NCBI GenBank assembly: GCA_016715505.1
Contig: JADJZY010000014.1
Span: 1 to 64,000 of the forward strand
From: Bacteroidota bacterium
GTDB lineage: Bacteria > Bacteroidota > Bacteroidia > Chitinophagales > Chitinophagaceae
Length of the DNA stretch: 64,000 nt
Direction: 5' to 3'
The notes below the pieces were generated by a model, which ran no database searches, was not told where the DNA came from, and saw only the letters and a program-made list of their open reading frames with translations. Shown here in pieces: positions 61,661 through 64,000 of this stretch (within the stretch, counting starts at the first letter, position 1; every line of letters begins with the position of its first letter). Both the position numbers and the translations under genes were made by a program.

Positions 61661-64000
61661 ATGAAAAAAACAATCTTAGGATTAGATCTCGGTACAAATA
61701 GTATCGGTTGGGCATTGGTTGATGCTGAGAATAAGAAAATACTAGGTATGGGAAGCAGAATCATACCCTATTCGGATACAGAAGGGGACGACTTTCTGAA
61801 GGGAACTGGTGAAAGCAAGAATCAAAGTAGAACAGCAGCCAGAACAGCTAGAAAATTGTTAGACCGATATCAACTAAGAAGAAAATACCTATTTAATTTT
61901 TTGAAGAAAAACGAGATGTTGCCGGATAATGAATTGATTTCGCTATCTGCTTTAGAATTATATAGCTTACGGAGCAGAGCGGCAAATGAAAAATAACCTT
62001 AAAAGAATTAGGAAGGTTGTTTCAGCTATTGAATCAAAAAGAGGTACAAGCATGCATCTACAGATGATAGCGAAGACAAGAAACAAAGAGATTTTGTAGC
62101 TACAATAAATAGTCGTTACACCAATATTAAAGGAAAACAAACCGTAGGTCAATTTTTTTACAAAGAACTAGAAGAACATATCTCTGCGCAAAAGTATTAC
62201 CGTATCAAGGAACAAATCTATCATCGTGAAGCGTACATAGATGAGTTTAATCAAATATGGGAGCAACAAGCTAAATATCATTCGCTTTTAACGGATGAAT
62301 TAAAAGTAGAAGTAAGAGATCGTATTATTTATTTTCAACGTAAATTAAAATCCCAAAAAAGGATTTAGTTTCTGTTTGCGAATTTGAAGGATTTATTACA
62401 AAAAAACAAAGGAGGGCAAAGAACTTTGTTGGCCCCAAGGTTGCCCCGCGTAGTTCTCCTTTGTTTCAAGTAGCTAAAATTTGGGAAAGTATAAACAACA
62501 TTACGATTAAAAGAATTAATCCCAATGTCAGAAAACATGAAGTTTTTGATATTAGCCCATTCAAAAAAGAACTATTTGATTATTTGAATGAAAACGTAAA
62601 TTTATCGGAAACGGAGTTGTTTAAAATTTTGGGAATTAAAAAAATGAAGGCTTCTATTCAGACAAAGAATTCAAGAAAAAAAAGGAATTCAAGGCAATTT
62701 AACTTTGACCTCTATAAAAAAAAGCATTAGATGGCTATGACCTAGAAGAAAAACTCACTGCATTTCATTTAACACAAATCCAAGGAAGCCATTTGGATAA
62801 AAGTACAGGAGAACTAATCGATATAGTGCAAATTGATAAGAATATAGAACATCAGCCTTTATATGTTTTATGGCATGTTTGCTATTCTATAAAAGATAAA
62901 CAGGAGAAAATAAACGCCCTTCAAAAGAAATTTAATTTACCAATAAATTATGCAACTGCACTTGCCCAGATTGACTTTATCAAAAGTGGGTATGGCAATA
63001 AGTCGAATAAAGCCCTACGAAAAATTTTACCAGAACTAATGAAAGGTTCAGTTTATAGCACAGCTATGGAATTAGTGGGTTATAATCATTCGTTTTCAGA
63101 AACAAAAGATGAAAAATTGATTAAACCTTTAAAAGATGAACTGAAACCCTTACAGAAAAACGCGCTGCGCCAACCAATAGTAGAGAAAATACTCAATCAA
63201 ATGATCAATTTGGTGAACGCTGTAATCAAAGAATATGGCAAACCTGATGAAATAAGGGTTGAATTATCAAGGGAACTTAAGCAAAGTAAAGAAGAGCGAA
63301 ATGATTATTTCAATGCGATGAACCAACGTACAAAACAAAATGAAAAAATAGCGGAACGATTGGAGAAAGACTATAAGGTAAGGGCGAGTAGAAAAAATAT
63401 TGAGAAATGGCGCTTGTGGCATGAGGTGGAAGGTAGATGCTTATATTGTAATGAAGCTATAACTGTTGCCAATTTCTTAAACGGAGTAGAGAGTGATGTG
63501 GAGCATATAATACCAAAAAGTATTTTCTATGATGATAGCTATGCCAACAAAACTATTGCTCATACTGCTTGCAATGGCAAATTAGCTAAAAATGCCCAGA
63601 CCGCATTTGATTATATGCGCAGCAAAGGGGATGAAAAATTAGATACTTATTTGACTACTATTAATCTGCTGTATAAAAATGATAAAGCAGACAAGGCAAA
63701 AACCGAGGAAAGTGTACATTGCTTAACCGGAAAAATAAGTAAAAGCAAATTTGATAGACTCCAATGGAGAAAAGAAGATATTCCGCAAGATTTTATTAGC
63801 CGTCAAATTAATGAAACAAGATATATAGCACGAAAGGCAGTTGAAATCTTAAATACTATTTGTAGAAATGTGCATAGCACCACCGGTAATATTACCTCGC
63901 TATTGCGCAGGTTATGGGGTTGGGAAGATGTGTTGATGAACTTAAGTATAGAAAAATACAGAGAGCATGGACTGACAGAAATTAAACAATATGAAAATAA
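61661..64000 (+). CDS. cas9: CRISPR-associated endonuclease Cas9 (type II), 3'-partial at window end; at least four apparent homopolymer frameshifts
   Basis: N-terminus MKKTILGLDLGTNSIGWALVD (RuvC-I), then an Arg-rich bridge helix (RTAARTARKLLDRYQLRRKYL). Hand translation of the downstream frames gives REC (IIYFQRKLKSQK), RuvC-II EIRVELSRE at ~63249, HNH DVEHIIPKS...NKTIAHTACNGKLAKN at ~63495 and RuvC-III RQINETRYIARKAVEIL near 63800. Frame switches sit at A-runs ~61990, ~62040, ~62355 and 62716-62723. The final frame is open to base 64000. Confidence 0.85.

Noticed and set aside
61400-64000. CRISPR repeat-spacer array within the window
   Set aside because: No direct repeats of 28-48 bp with regular spacing were found upstream of cas9 or elsewhere in the window. 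The single repeat-like segment at 61594-61650 is unique, and with its nexus and terminator it is better explained as the tracrRNA anti-repeat.

Overview
This is a 64 kb chromosomal window from a Bacteroidota genome: AT-rich, with gliding-motility gldF/gldG, several type IX secretion (T9SS) cargo proteins carrying type A and type B C-terminal sorting domains, a PorP/SprF gene and a short ~289 aa RpoD. Housekeeping genes are ndk, rpoD, rpoC (not preceded by rpoB), ftsK, rplY/ctc, hutI, aroC, dtd, arfB, ybeY, psd, a GH3 hexosaminidase, a PLP aminotransferase and a mannose-1-P guanylyltransferase. Accessory or notable content, in order: (i) an IS200/RAYT-like Y1 transposase followed by extraordinary poly-G tracts (G12, G26, G41, G18). 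(ii) Two paralogous giant adhesin-like genes with type-B T9SS C-terminal domains, one followed by porP/sprF, each interrupted by a single in-frame TAG at a position where the paralog has Tyr. (iii) A minus-strand operon ybjN-pspA-nfeD/yqiJ-flotillin ending in a ~1600 aa AAA+ (AAA_5-like) giant protein. (iv) A blaI/blaR1-like repressor/sensor pair with a perfect 13-bp inverted-repeat operator. (v) Two phage-tail-fibre-like Gly-rich secreted proteins; the ~1900 aa one ends in a peptidase-S74 intramolecular-chaperone domain and sits directly downstream of rpoC. (vi) At the 3' edge, a type II CRISPR-Cas locus: cas9 with RuvC-I, bridge helix, RuvC-II, HNH and RuvC-III recognisable, running off the window, plus a strong tracrRNA candidate (anti-repeat, nexus and GNRA-hairpin/U8 terminator) on the opposite strand just upstream of cas9. 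No CRISPR array is inside the window. Caveat: many genes, including essential rpoC (two shifts), ftsK and cas9 (at least four), are broken by frameshifts, and those localised (rpoC, ftsK, cas9, ybeY) sit at homopolymer runs, so the assembly almost certainly carries homopolymer indel errors. Most 'split' genes are therefore probably intact in vivo. The three in-frame stop codons are substitutions and are flagged separately.
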